Part shown: positions 38,539-48,092 of the stretch, piece by piece
Layout of the letters: each line of letters starts with the position of its first letter
Position numbering within the stretch: the stretch's first letter is position 1
Notes under the pieces: generated by a model
The model's database searches: none
The model's input: only the letters and a program-made list of their open reading frames with translations
Told to the model about the DNA's origin: nothing
Source of the DNA: a virus
Lineage: Duplodnaviria > Caudoviricetes
Length of the DNA stretch: 64,000 nucleotides
IMG/VR virus record: IMGVR_UViG_3300010885_080481
Reading direction: 5' to 3' (one strand)
Program-made: the position numbers and the translations under genes

Positions 38539-41500
38539 ATGGCACCTCCTGGCGGCGGAACCGGCGGCGGAAGTGGTGGCGGAGGTGGGATAAACCCTGA
38601 CATCATCAGATCGCTTACTGAATTGCTTGGGTCTTCCAACACAAACCTGGAAAGGATGTTGGAGAACCTCGGTCGCCTCGGCGCGAGCTCTCAATCGTTG
38701 ACGGGTCTTGCCGGTGCCGCGCAGGAATTATCAGATCATTTGGGAGGGTTGGGTCGATCTCTCACAGATCTGCAAAGACTGTTGGGTAGAGTCAATGATC
38801 AGTCAAAGAAGCAATCTTCCATTCTGAAGATGATGGGTTCAGCCTGGAAGACATTTGGGGCGGCCGTCAAGGGTGCTATGAACATCTTGAGTGGGTTGAC
38901 TGACGTCATATCGACCGTGGGAGGAGCGCTATGGGATTTAGGCGCCGCAATCATAGCAGCTCCATTTGAGATGTTGAACTGGCTTATCAAAAAATCCAAG
39001 CAAGTCATTGGAAGCGGTACTGAAATAGCTGAGGCTTATGAAAAGATTCGTGAGCAATTCGGAGATTTGACCAAGGGCACCTCAAAGGACGTGATCGATT
39101 TCGGCAAGAGTATGGCCACTGGGATGATCACCCCTACGTTGTCCGCCAGGAGAGTGTTCGGGTCCTTAGCAGAGTCTTTGAATAAAGCCCTCGAGGTGGC
39201 TCAGGCCGCCCCTGCTACCTTCCAGCTCTTATCTGATCAGTTTGAGAAGAATGGTCTAGAGATAATGGCCATGGCAAACGGCCTTGGCCTCGGTAATGAA
39301 GAACTCACAGCGTTACAGCAGAGAGCCATCGCAACAGGCACGTCTCTCGTGGATCTTGAGTCAGAGATAACGAAGTACGCAAAGGGAATGTCTGCTCAGT
39401 TCGGATTAAACTCCAAAGCCATGTCTAGAGACATGGGCCGAGCGCTGAAAGACGTCAAACATTTTGCTAATTCTACTGTCAAAGAAATTGCGCAAGCCAC
39501 GACGTACGCTCATAAATTAGGCTTAGAGCTTAAAGACATTACTGGCGTTCTAGATAAGTTCAACACGTTCGACGAAGCTGCTGAGAACGTGTCTAAGCTG
39601 TCGCAGGCCTTCGGCATCAACGTCGACGCAATGAAGCTTGTTGAAGCAAAATCTCCAGCCGATGCGTTAGACATGATCAAACAGGCGATGGCCGCAGCCG
39701 GTAAGTCTGCAGATCAGATGAATCGACAAGAGCTGCAACTTCTCGCCTCGACGGTCGGTATGTCTGAAGAGCAGGTTCGAATGGCTTTCTCCATGAAGAA
39801 CTCCGGCGTCTCGATGGACAAGGTGAAACAATCTGGGACCGGATTGGAACATCAGATGATGAGCACATCTGAGGCAGTGGCATCTCTCGCTGATGACATG
39901 AAGCGAGTGGTCAAAGCAGGCCAGCAACCTGCTGGCGATTCTTTCTTTGAGATATTTGTCGAGGGTTTCTTAGAAGGAATCGACACCTCAAAGACGTTCT
40001 TGTCCTTGCTGCAGGCAGTGATGAAGGACATGTATATTGTTCGTGATGCCGGCCGCCAATTGGGCAGAGCATTCATTGAGAACTTCCCGGGGGTTAAGGA
40101 CTTTATCAACGGATTGAAAGAGATGTTGAACCCGACGGCGATAAAAGGATTGATGTCCAACGTCGTCAACATATTCAAGGATTTCTTCGATCAACTTAAT
40201 AAAGGCACTGCTGACACAGGCAAGCTGTTTGATTCGTTGGTGGATGGTTTCACAAATTTCGCCGAAAAAACTTCAGGTGGAAGCCAGATGTTGAAAGGGT
40301 TGAAGAATATCTGGAAAGCTGTAGAAAGAATCATTTCTACGGGCATCGATTGGTTATCTAACAAGCTCAAGACGGGATTAGAATTCATCGTAAAGTTATT
40401 GAGTGGAGACTTTAACAATGCCATTGCAAACGCTGCTGAAGCTGCCCCTGGCGCTATTGGCGATGCCCTCGGCGGTGCAGGTGGAGCAATTGCCGAATCT
40501 CCAATTAGTAAGGCATTTATATCCGCATTTCAAAAGCTATCAGGACCTTTAGAAAAAATCTTCGATTTGTTGTGGGATAAAATTGTTGCTAAATTAGGAA
40601 ACGTTTTAAAACAATATAAATGGGAAATTGCTTTATTTGCATTAGGTCCAACTATAGCAAACTTAACGGTAAGTGCAATATCTGGCGCATTATCAAATCC
40701 TGGGGTGATTTCTGCTTTTTCAAAATTAGGCCCCTTGCTGGCTAATCCCCTCGGTCTCGCCGTGGGTGCATCTGTTGCGATTGTCGCGGGCGCAGCATAT
40801 ACGATTAACAAAGATCTTGAAAATTATCAAAATAATCTAAGAAGAGATGCTGCATTAACTTTAAAAGCAGAAAAAGAAAAAAATAAAACCTTTTTAGATC
40901 AAAATGCTACCATTGAACAACAAATTACGTTATTACGTGCCCGTGCCGCCGAAGGCGATAAAAATGCTGCTGCAGAAGCGAATAGGCTAGAAAAAGAACA
41001 AGAAGCTACGCGTCAACAACGTTTATCTGGTCAAGGGAAATCAACAGAGGATGCTCTTCGCCCTGCTATTAAAGAACTTGGATCAACCGTTAACATAAAC
41101 GAAGAAAAAATGGAGGAATTTCTCGATCGTGCCCAAGCTCAGGTCACAGACTCTATAGCTTCGCGTGTCAAAGGTGCAGCTGGTAAGCAAGCTGAAACTC
41201 TTAGACAAATGGAAAATGAATTCTATATGACTTCTGGGTCCCCGGAGTTGAGTGCCCAAGGGCAAGCGTTGTTAGAAAAGATGAAAAGCGACGTTACGAT
41301 CAGAGAAAGGTTGTTAAAAGCAACAGTCGACGAACTAGATACGGAAAACCTCGAATTATTGAAAGATATTCTTCCTGAATATGATGAAATTGATTTTAGT
41401 AGTTCAGACGCAAGTATTATTAAGCTCGCCGGAATGCGAATGAACGCCGAGGACGCCGCGGCTAAGGAGGCCGCTGCCGAGTCTCAAGAAAGTGTCTCAA

Positions 41501-42936
41501 AAAGGATTAAGAATCTAGGAGAAAGTATCAAAATTACTCCTGAACAGCTTAGAGGTTTGGTTGATCCTACTACCGGTATGGCGATTAGCCTCGAAGATCT
41601 AGAGGCTCTAAAGACCACCGGCGGGGAATCAGCCGTTGCAGAAGCTTTAGCTGCAGCAGCTGTTTCAACCGATCCTAACGCTCTCAAAAAATCCATGGCT
41701 GATAAACAAAAAGAACAAGCTGATGCGATTGGGGCAGCCCGTCGCGAAGCGCTTGAAGCATTGGATCTTGGTTCAGATTTCAGTGTGAAGAACGTTGAAG
41801 AATCGATAAAGAAAGTCGAAGATCTCACGAAAAATCTAGATGAAGGTTTGCTGAACAAAGTTACTGAATCTATAAAAAAGATTAGAGAAAAATTTGATTC
41901 GGCTGATTTTAGAATATTTACCGACCCCAAAAAAAGCGATGAGATAACTCAAACAGCTATAGATCTTAAAATGATTAATTCTGTTTTCGTAGGCATAGCT
42001 GATGCCGCCGATAATATGGAGAATATCCCAAAAGCAGCTGCGAAATTAGCTCAACTTCCTGAAAATGCCAAGTCTTATGGTACAAGTATTACAAAAATAA
42101 AAGACACGTTGTTCGGTTCCGAAGGAATAATTACAAAAATTGTTGATATTAAAGGTTCAGCTGAAAAATACGTCCCTCAAATTGAAAGCACAAACGAAAC
42201 GATTGGAAAGATAAAAGACGGTGTGGATGGCGCCGCGACTTCTATAGGAACAATCATGGATGCTTTACCGAAATTGCAACGTGGCGGTGGATTGTCAAGC
42301 GCATTCTCAGCTATAGATACTATCGCTAAGTCTTCCGGTAACCTGAAGGGTGAATATGAGGCTGGATCCGCAGTGAAGGACAAAGTCGCTTCAGCTATGG
42401 CGGCCGCCAAGGTGGCAATGACCGAAGCAGCATCTAGTATGCCGAGTTTGGTGACCGCTTCAACGGACTTGTCAAAGATCCTCACGGACGACGTCAACAG
42501 ATCCATTGACGGAACTGCCAACAGGGTCGCTCAACTGTTTGCGTCTCTAGAGAAATTTATAGCAACGACAGCCAAACCGCTCGTCGCGCAGCAAGCTCAG
42601 GAGCTCGGCGCCAAGGTCAAGTCGATGGTTGATGCCATCAACGAGCTTAACACCGCGATGACTGACATCAAGATTGGCGAAAATGGTGAAGTCAACGTTA
42701 AGATGAAAAACCTAGCCAAGGGCATCAACAAGGCGGATCACAAGTACACAATAGAGAAGAAGAACGCCATCATTAACTTGTCAGTCAGTGTGTCAATGTC
42801 GGTGACCGATGTCGAGAGCATGCTCATAAAGAACCCGAACTCGCTGATTAGACTCCGTATCAACGAAGCTCTCAAACCGCTTGATAAAAAAATTAGCGAC
42901 AGCGGGGGATCCACTGTCCCCGCCGACATAGTATGA
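38539..42936 (+). CDS. Tail tape measure protein
   Basis: 1465 aa, Ala/Lys/Glu-rich, helical, with hydrophobic Ala/Gly stretches; canonical position after tube and chaperone. Confidence 0.85.
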   Translation: MAPPGGGTGGGSGGGGGINPDIIRSLTELLGSSNTNLERMLENLGRLGASSQSLTGLAGAAQELSDHLGGLGRSLTDLQRLLGRVNDQSKKQSSILKMMGSAWKTFGAAVKGAMNILSGLTDVISTVGGALWDLGAAIIAAPFEMLNWLIKKSKQVIGSGTEIAEAYEKIREQFGDLTKGTSKDVIDFGKSMATGMITPTLSARRVFGSLAESLNKALEVAQAAPATFQLLSDQFEKNGLEIMAMANGLGLGNEELTALQQRAIATGTSLVDLESEITKYAKGMSAQFGLNSKAMSRDMGRALKDVKHFANSTVKEIAQATTYAHKLGLELKDITGVLDKFNTFDEAAENVSKLSQAFGINVDAMKLVEAKSPADALDMIKQAMAAAGKSADQMNRQELQLLASTVGMSEEQVRMAFSMKNSGVSMDKVKQSGTGLEHQMMSTSEAVASLADDMKRVVKAGQQPAGDSFFEIFVEGFLEGIDTSKTFLSLLQAVMKDMYIVRDAGRQLGRAFIENFPGVKDFINGLKEMLNPTAIKGLMSNVVNIFKDFFDQLNKGTADTGKLFDSLVDGFTNFAEKTSGGSQMLKGLKNIWKAVERIISTGIDWLSNKLKTGLEFIVKLLSGDFNNAIANAAEAAPGAIGDALGGAGGAIAESPISKAFISAFQKLSGPLEKIFDLLWDKIVAKLGNVLKQYKWEIALFALGPTIANLTVSAISGALSNPGVISAFSKLGPLLANPLGLAVGASVAIVAGAAYTINKDLENYQNNLRRDAALTLKAEKEKNKTFLDQNATIEQQITLLRARAAEGDKNAAAEANRLEKEQEATRQQRLSGQGKSTEDALRPAIKELGSTVNINEEKMEEFLDRAQAQVTDSIASRVKGAAGKQAETLRQMENEFYMTSGSPELSAQGQALLEKMKSDVTIRERLLKATVDELDTENLELLKDILPEYDEIDFSSSDASIIKLAGMRMNAEDAAAKEAAAESQESVSKRIKNLGESIKITPEQLRGLVDPTTGMAISLEDLEALKTTGGESAVAEALAAAAVSTDPNALKKSMADKQKEQADAIGAARREALEALDLGSDFSVKNVEESIKKVEDLTKNLDEGLLNKVTESIKKIREKFDSADFRIFTDPKKSDEITQTAIDLKMINSVFVGIADAADNMENIPKAAAKLAQLPENAKSYGTSITKIKDTLFGSEGIITKIVDIKGSAEKYVPQIESTNETIGKIKDGVDGAATSIGTIMDALPKLQRGGGLSSAFSAIDTIAKSSGNLKGEYEAGSAVKDKVASAMAAAKVAMTEAASSMPSLVTASTDLSKILTDDVNRSIDGTANRVAQLFASLEKFIATTAKPLVAQQAQELGAKVKSMVDAINELNTAMTDIKIGENGEVNVKMKNLAKGINKADHKYTIEKKNAIINLSVSVSMSVTDVESMLIKNPNSLIRLRINEALKPLDKKISDSGGSTVPADIV

Positions 42937-42959
42937 TATTTTCATCTTAAGAGGAAAGC

Positions 42960-43241
42960 ATGTCCAAGATACCCACGAAAGAAGAATACTTCAAGACTCT
43001 CAGGAGTCACAAGGTTTACTCAGCGATTTTGAAGAAAGCGCCTGATGATGCCGCCCGCCGACAGATCATATCAACGGTTGAGTACATAGCCAGTTCTCTT
43101 TTCGATGGAGTATTACCAGTTATGGCGACTGCGACATCGAACCCCGAGTCTGCTGAGAAGATTTCTGAGGCGTTGAAGACGGGTGACAACATAATTAAAG
43201 AAAGCGACGGAGCTCCCATCGCGCCGAAGTCGAAAGAGTAG
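42960..43241 (+). CDS. Hypothetical protein
   Basis: 93-aa ORF with GAGGAA SD, followed by AGAGGT SD of the next gene. Confidence 0.6.
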   Translation: MSKIPTKEEYFKTLRSHKVYSAILKKAPDDAARRQIISTVEYIASSLFDGVLPVMATATSNPESAEKISEALKTGDNIIKESDGAPIAPKSKE

Positions 43242-43250
43242 AGGTAGGTT

Positions 43251-46200
43251 ATGTCTGGCATCAAGACAGGGAACAAGGGTTTCGTCAATCCGGTCGACAA
43301 CAAGGTCTATACCATAGACACGGTTGCTCAGGGCGCCGATGGGACGAACAAGGCTCCTCTCCCGAATTTGGATCCAGGTAACATGACCGTAGACAACACG
43401 GTTAAAGACATCGGTAAGATCACCAGGGTCACCTTGGGGACTTATCTGAGCAAGATGACGAAGGGTGAAGTTGGTTCTGCCAAGAAATCCAATGCTTATA
43501 CGATTGATGCGTCCAACGCCTCCACGCCGCAATCTTCAATCACGACGTCTACCGGATACCCTGTCCCTCTAGCACCTTCCAATAACACTTCACAATTTAA
43601 ACAGATATTGCCAAGCGCAATTTCCGACAATTATTCTGTCATTGCTTCAGACATCAAGAAAGGCAGCGTCGAAGGTACGGGCGTAGATGGCAACAAGCTA
43701 TTACGAGGTGCCACAGCCGACGATTCATCGACCCAGCTGGTTTCGGGAGGTCCCGTCGATGAGTACACCGCCGAAGTTTTAGACGCGAATAGATGGGATC
43801 CATCATCTGAGTTCACGGGAGGCGTCGATCCTTCAGCTGTTCCTAACAACTTTGATGTTGCGTTACAATCAGTCGCAACAGCAGTGCTACCTTCCTCGGA
43901 GGCAACAGATCCCTCAAACGCAGTTTACAAACTTGATCTCGGTATAGCAGCTTCTGTAGGACCAGTTAAGACAGCAAATAATGATTTTCCCGTTGCACCA
44001 AATCCCAATAACGCGTTACAGCTCGTCGCAATCACGACGAATGAGGTTCCATCACCTTTAACGCCGCAACAAGGCGCCCCCGTCTTCGCGCCGAACATCG
44101 GAAATTCTTACACCAACGACTATACTGAACTAAAGGTAAATGCGCAGGATGGATTGCAAAAGGGATCAACTTCGGTTGAAGGTCCTAATGGCAATGAATT
44201 TCTTTCTAAGACAGAGTTGCAATCTGGCCAAATAATTGCGCCCACACCTCTCGTCAACTACACACAATCGGCGATTACCCCAAATATTAGAGCCGTCGGA
44301 GGACCTGGATTTTCGCAAGGCGAAGATATCGCAAGTCCGTCTTCGGCGTTTAATCCGTCGCTGCAATCGATCGCAACGATGGTGACACCTGCTGAAGAAG
44401 CTATAGATTCTTCGAACGCAAAATATGAATTAGATCTAAGGTTAGCTTCACAAAAACCTGGGTATGACACATCATTTGAAAAAAATGTATATCCCGTTTC
44501 TACTCCTGATTTAGGACAGAATTTAGAAAATCTAGCTAGTACCACGACAGACAAATATCCGACGCCTTTGACGCCTGCGGAGAATGCTAATCTTTACGTT
44601 CACGCTCCCAAGCTTCAATCAAGTGAATCTGACACGTTCATACAATATGGCGAGGGAATCAACAAAGGCAAGAGTAAAGAACCTGGATTCGATGGAAACA
44701 GCCTTTTAAGCAGCGAGATAAAACAGAATGATCAAGGTGTCACGAAGCTACCAGCGAACCTTGAATCTTACACGTATCACATGACTGATCAAAACAATCA
44801 GTCTCCAAGTAAACCTTTATTGCAGTCAGAGATTGACCTGACCGCTCCGCCACCAAACTATGAAACGAAGTTAACTTACATCACTGAAAAAGGTCAACAC
44901 CAAGATGCTCCTCAGCTGAATCTGACTCTTGATGCGTTGAGAATTGTTGGTGCCGCGAAAACCGCAGAAGCCAAAAATGAATACCCGGTCGATAAAAAGT
45001 TAAATGCATTAAATGCGATAACAGAAATAGATGGTTATCCCGTCCCGCTTGCCGATACGGAAAATTCTAAAAAATTTGCTCAAAGAAGTGAGATAGCTCC
45101 TGTTCCCAACGAAACCGTAAAGTTCAATAAAGGGAAAGGCAACGGCGAGTGGAACGGTAACAACATCTTAAAAGATGTTACTGGCAACTTGTATATTGCT
45201 CCCGCTCCTGGAAGTCGTGGTGGCGTTTTACCTGGCGGATCCGCCGTCGAGGATAAAACAAGCCCGAATAATCCGATTAAAGAATATAAGATAGATGATC
45301 ATAAAAGATCTTCTGGAAAAGTTTCTCCTTTTGCCTTAGGAAATTCTAGATTCATTTCTAAGTCTCAGTTTGTCTATGATTCTCAACCTATTCCTGAATT
45401 TAATCCGATCATTTATCAACATGGTGTTGTCGAGAAACGAGGCGTTTCCACCCTAAAAATGGCAAAAATTGGTGTAGGTTTGTCACAGCGAGCGTCCACG
45501 GAAATTCCTGGATGGCCTGGTGGTCCTGGAAAAGATGGCCAATTTGATCCGACGGGCGGCTCCGCCGAAGCTGGTGCGTTGCTACCTTCCGTTTCGCAAT
45601 TAGGAATTTTAAAAGTAAACAATAACTTGTTGTCGGCAAAAGATGTTTTAGATTCCATTATTGATGCCTCCGATTACGATCCTGATGCCTTGGTGGAGAT
45701 CGCTCCATTTGGAGGACAATCATGGGGAAATTTGAACAACATATCTGAACCGTTCAGCGATGGATCTAACAGCATAGGCTTATTTTTAACGATGCTTGCG
45801 CTTGTTATAGCAATCGTAGTGTTGTTTAGCTTGATCGCTTTTATAGTTCCGAACGGTGAGAGATCAGGGACGTTTTCAGAAAAAGGCGAAAGAACGTTGG
45901 GTAAATACCTGTTTAAGCCCAAATCAGAAAATTCATGGCTTTCTTTGTTGCCATCTCCAGCTGAGATATTCGGTATAAAGCAAACGATAAATTCTTTTGA
46001 TTCTTCTTTGCTTGCTGGAACATATTCTTTCTTTTTAGGCGCAGAAAATGCGGACGCATCTATAATAGATCTAATCGCAGGATTGGCGACAAGCGGATTG
46101 GATCAATTACTAAAAGACAATAATTCCGTCGGTGCCAACGTTGTTGTCTGCAGAACGATAATTCGTTCAGGTTTGGTAATGGCTGAACAAATATCAAATG

Positions 46201-47771
46201 TAATTAAAAAGTCTCAATTATCAGCAGTCGCCGGAGTAAAGGCCTCAATTAACCTCCTTAGGGCCTTTCGTTCATCGAAATTAATATCTGCCATCAACGT
46301 ATTTTCCGCCTTAGGCGATCAATTGCTGAATTCAAGACGACAAACTGCGAAAGTAACTGGTCCTGACGGCAAAGAGGTGACAATCGAATTGACTCCTGCC
46401 AACGAGTTGATGCATTCCGCTGTTAGAAAGCACAGATTAACGACCTATGAAGTCGTTTCGGGCGGCGGTCTGCTGAATCCTGAAACAGCGAATAAAACCG
46501 CGGCAAAGCAGTACGATCCGACCTTGGCTTGGAGCTCTCAGCGAGCACCTTCGATGTATCTGCTGCCTCCTGCCATCACAAATTTACAGCTTAATGATGC
46601 TGCCAACGTCCTAGGTTCATTCAAAGGTGTTTCCGCGTTAGATAATGACAAGGCCGTTATAGCTGCTCAGCGAGTCAATAACAGGATCAGCGACGCTGAC
46701 AGGAAGATCTTCGAGTCCCGCCTCGAGGCAGAGTATGTTCCCTTTTATTTTCATGACGTCAGAACCAACGAAATTATATCATTCCACGCGTTCCTGGCTT
46801 CTATAGGAGACAGCTTCAACATTGCTTACGATTCTGTCGAGGCCTTTGGCCGCGTAGAACCCATCAAGATTTACAAATCAACAACTCGTAAGATTGACAT
46901 GAGCTTTTACCTTATCTCTACTTCAGTGACGGATTTTGATCACATGTGGCATAAGATCAATAAATTAACCACAATGATCTATCCACAATACACGAAAGGA
47001 AGGTTGCTGACGACTGAAGGCGCACAAATGAGAGCTCCATTCAGCCAACTCGTCGGCGCATCTCCCTTGATAAGAATCAGGCTCGGTGATCTCTTCAAGT
47101 CCAACTATTCTCGATTCGCATTGGCCCGTCTCTTCGGCGCAGCCGACGGGGACATGAAAACAACGCCACAAAGCGCCGAACTAACTCCTGTCGAATTTTC
47201 TCCACCAGATCCGAAAAAATATATTGCGGATTTGAAAAAATTCAATGATCGAAAGGGGAGTCCAACAAAGGGTGACACAGGATTTTTGCGATCAAATTCA
47301 GGCAAACCTATAACGGTAACCGCCGTGGAGCTCGGCGGGACAGAGTTCCGTTATAAGTCTCAGGAGTCGCAAACAGAAAAATTAGCGTTTAATTCTGAAT
47401 TCATCCCAGACGCAGATACGGAGCAAAAAATAGTAAAAGAAATATTCGGCGAGACGTCTGCTTATTCTGCATTGACAGAATTCATGAATCCCACGGGCAA
47501 TGCAATTGTTAAGTCATTTGAATCAGCAGGTGGCAAAGGTCTCGCAGGCTTCATAGACAATATGTCATTTGATTGGTATGACAAGGTGACGTGGGAGATA
47601 GATTCTGGTCGCACGGCCCCGAAGATGTGTAAGATCATCATATCGTTCTCACCAGTGCACGACATAACTCCTGGTATTGATCACCTCGGGTATAATCGTG
47701 CTCCGATCTATGGCGTCGGCGCCGCCATGAATTCAACTTCTGCCACGTTTAGTGATCCCGGGGGCAGATGA
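43251..47771 (+). CDS. Large baseplate/tube-initiator-like protein with N-terminal repeats
   Basis: C-terminal YVPFYFHD.RT...I.F.AF...I.DSF...Y.....FGR.EPI..Y..TTRKI..SF, LTTMIYPQY, PLIRIRLGDL typical of tube-initiator-like folds; four degenerate N-terminal repeats. Confidence 0.65.
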   Translation: MSGIKTGNKGFVNPVDNKVYTIDTVAQGADGTNKAPLPNLDPGNMTVDNTVKDIGKITRVTLGTYLSKMTKGEVGSAKKSNAYTIDASNASTPQSSITTSTGYPVPLAPSNNTSQFKQILPSAISDNYSVIASDIKKGSVEGTGVDGNKLLRGATADDSSTQLVSGGPVDEYTAEVLDANRWDPSSEFTGGVDPSAVPNNFDVALQSVATAVLPSSEATDPSNAVYKLDLGIAASVGPVKTANNDFPVAPNPNNALQLVAITTNEVPSPLTPQQGAPVFAPNIGNSYTNDYTELKVNAQDGLQKGSTSVEGPNGNEFLSKTELQSGQIIAPTPLVNYTQSAITPNIRAVGGPGFSQGEDIASPSSAFNPSLQSIATMVTPAEEAIDSSNAKYELDLRLASQKPGYDTSFEKNVYPVSTPDLGQNLENLASTTTDKYPTPLTPAENANLYVHAPKLQSSESDTFIQYGEGINKGKSKEPGFDGNSLLSSEIKQNDQGVTKLPANLESYTYHMTDQNNQSPSKPLLQSEIDLTAPPPNYETKLTYITEKGQHQDAPQLNLTLDALRIVGAAKTAEAKNEYPVDKKLNALNAITEIDGYPVPLADTENSKKFAQRSEIAPVPNETVKFNKGKGNGEWNGNNILKDVTGNLYIAPAPGSRGGVLPGGSAVEDKTSPNNPIKEYKIDDHKRSSGKVSPFALGNSRFISKSQFVYDSQPIPEFNPIIYQHGVVEKRGVSTLKMAKIGVGLSQRASTEIPGWPGGPGKDGQFDPTGGSAEAGALLPSVSQLGILKVNNNLLSAKDVLDSIIDASDYDPDALVEIAPFGGQSWGNLNNISEPFSDGSNSIGLFLTMLALVIAIVVLFSLIAFIVPNGERSGTFSEKGERTLGKYLFKPKSENSWLSLLPSPAEIFGIKQTINSFDSSLLAGTYSFFLGAENADASIIDLIAGLATSGLDQLLKDNNSVGANVVVCRTIIRSGLVMAEQISNVIKKSQLSAVAGVKASINLLRAFRSSKLISAINVFSALGDQLLNSRRQTAKVTGPDGKEVTIELTPANELMHSAVRKHRLTTYEVVSGGGLLNPETANKTAAKQYDPTLAWSSQRAPSMYLLPPAITNLQLNDAANVLGSFKGVSALDNDKAVIAAQRVNNRISDADRKIFESRLEAEYVPFYFHDVRTNEIISFHAFLASIGDSFNIAYDSVEAFGRVEPIKIYKSTTRKIDMSFYLISTSVTDFDHMWHKINKLTTMIYPQYTKGRLLTTEGAQMRAPFSQLVGASPLIRIRLGDLFKSNYSRFALARLFGAADGDMKTTPQSAELTPVEFSPPDPKKYIADLKKFNDRKGSPTKGDTGFLRSNSGKPITVTAVELGGTEFRYKSQESQTEKLAFNSEFIPDADTEQKIVKEIFGETSAYSALTEFMNPTGNAIVKSFESAGGKGLAGFIDNMSFDWYDKVTWEIDSGRTAPKMCKIIISFSPVHDITPGIDHLGYNRAPIYGVGAAMNSTSATFSDPGGR

Positions 47772-47789
47772 TATTAAAGGGCAAATAAA

Positions 47790-48086
47790 ATGGCAATTTC
47801 TAGGTATCAAAATGCTCCTCTTCTATCATTAGGATCGCAATACGGAACTTCAAACGCGGTTTCTATCATTCGCCGAGGAGTCACAACCGGATTCATCCCA
47901 ATCACGACGACTGTCGTTCTACAAGGCAATCAAAGGTTGGATCATCTTGCTGCAATTTATTATAAAGATTCTAGGTACTGGTGGGTCCTCGCCGCCGCGA
48001 GCGATGTAGGTTGGGGTTTACAATTACCACCAGGAACTGTAATTTCGGTTCCTGATCTGCAAGAAGTCATTAACGCGCTAGGATAA
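47790..48086 (+). CDS. LysM-like baseplate protein (T4 gp53 / P2 gpX-like)
   Basis: GNQRLDHLAAIYYKDSRYWWVLAAAS...LQLPPGTVISVP. Confidence 0.85.
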   Translation: MAISRYQNAPLLSLGSQYGTSNAVSIIRRGVTTGFIPITTTVVLQGNQRLDHLAAIYYKDSRYWWVLAAASDVGWGLQLPPGTVISVPDLQEVINALG

Positions 48087-48092
48087 GTCTGA

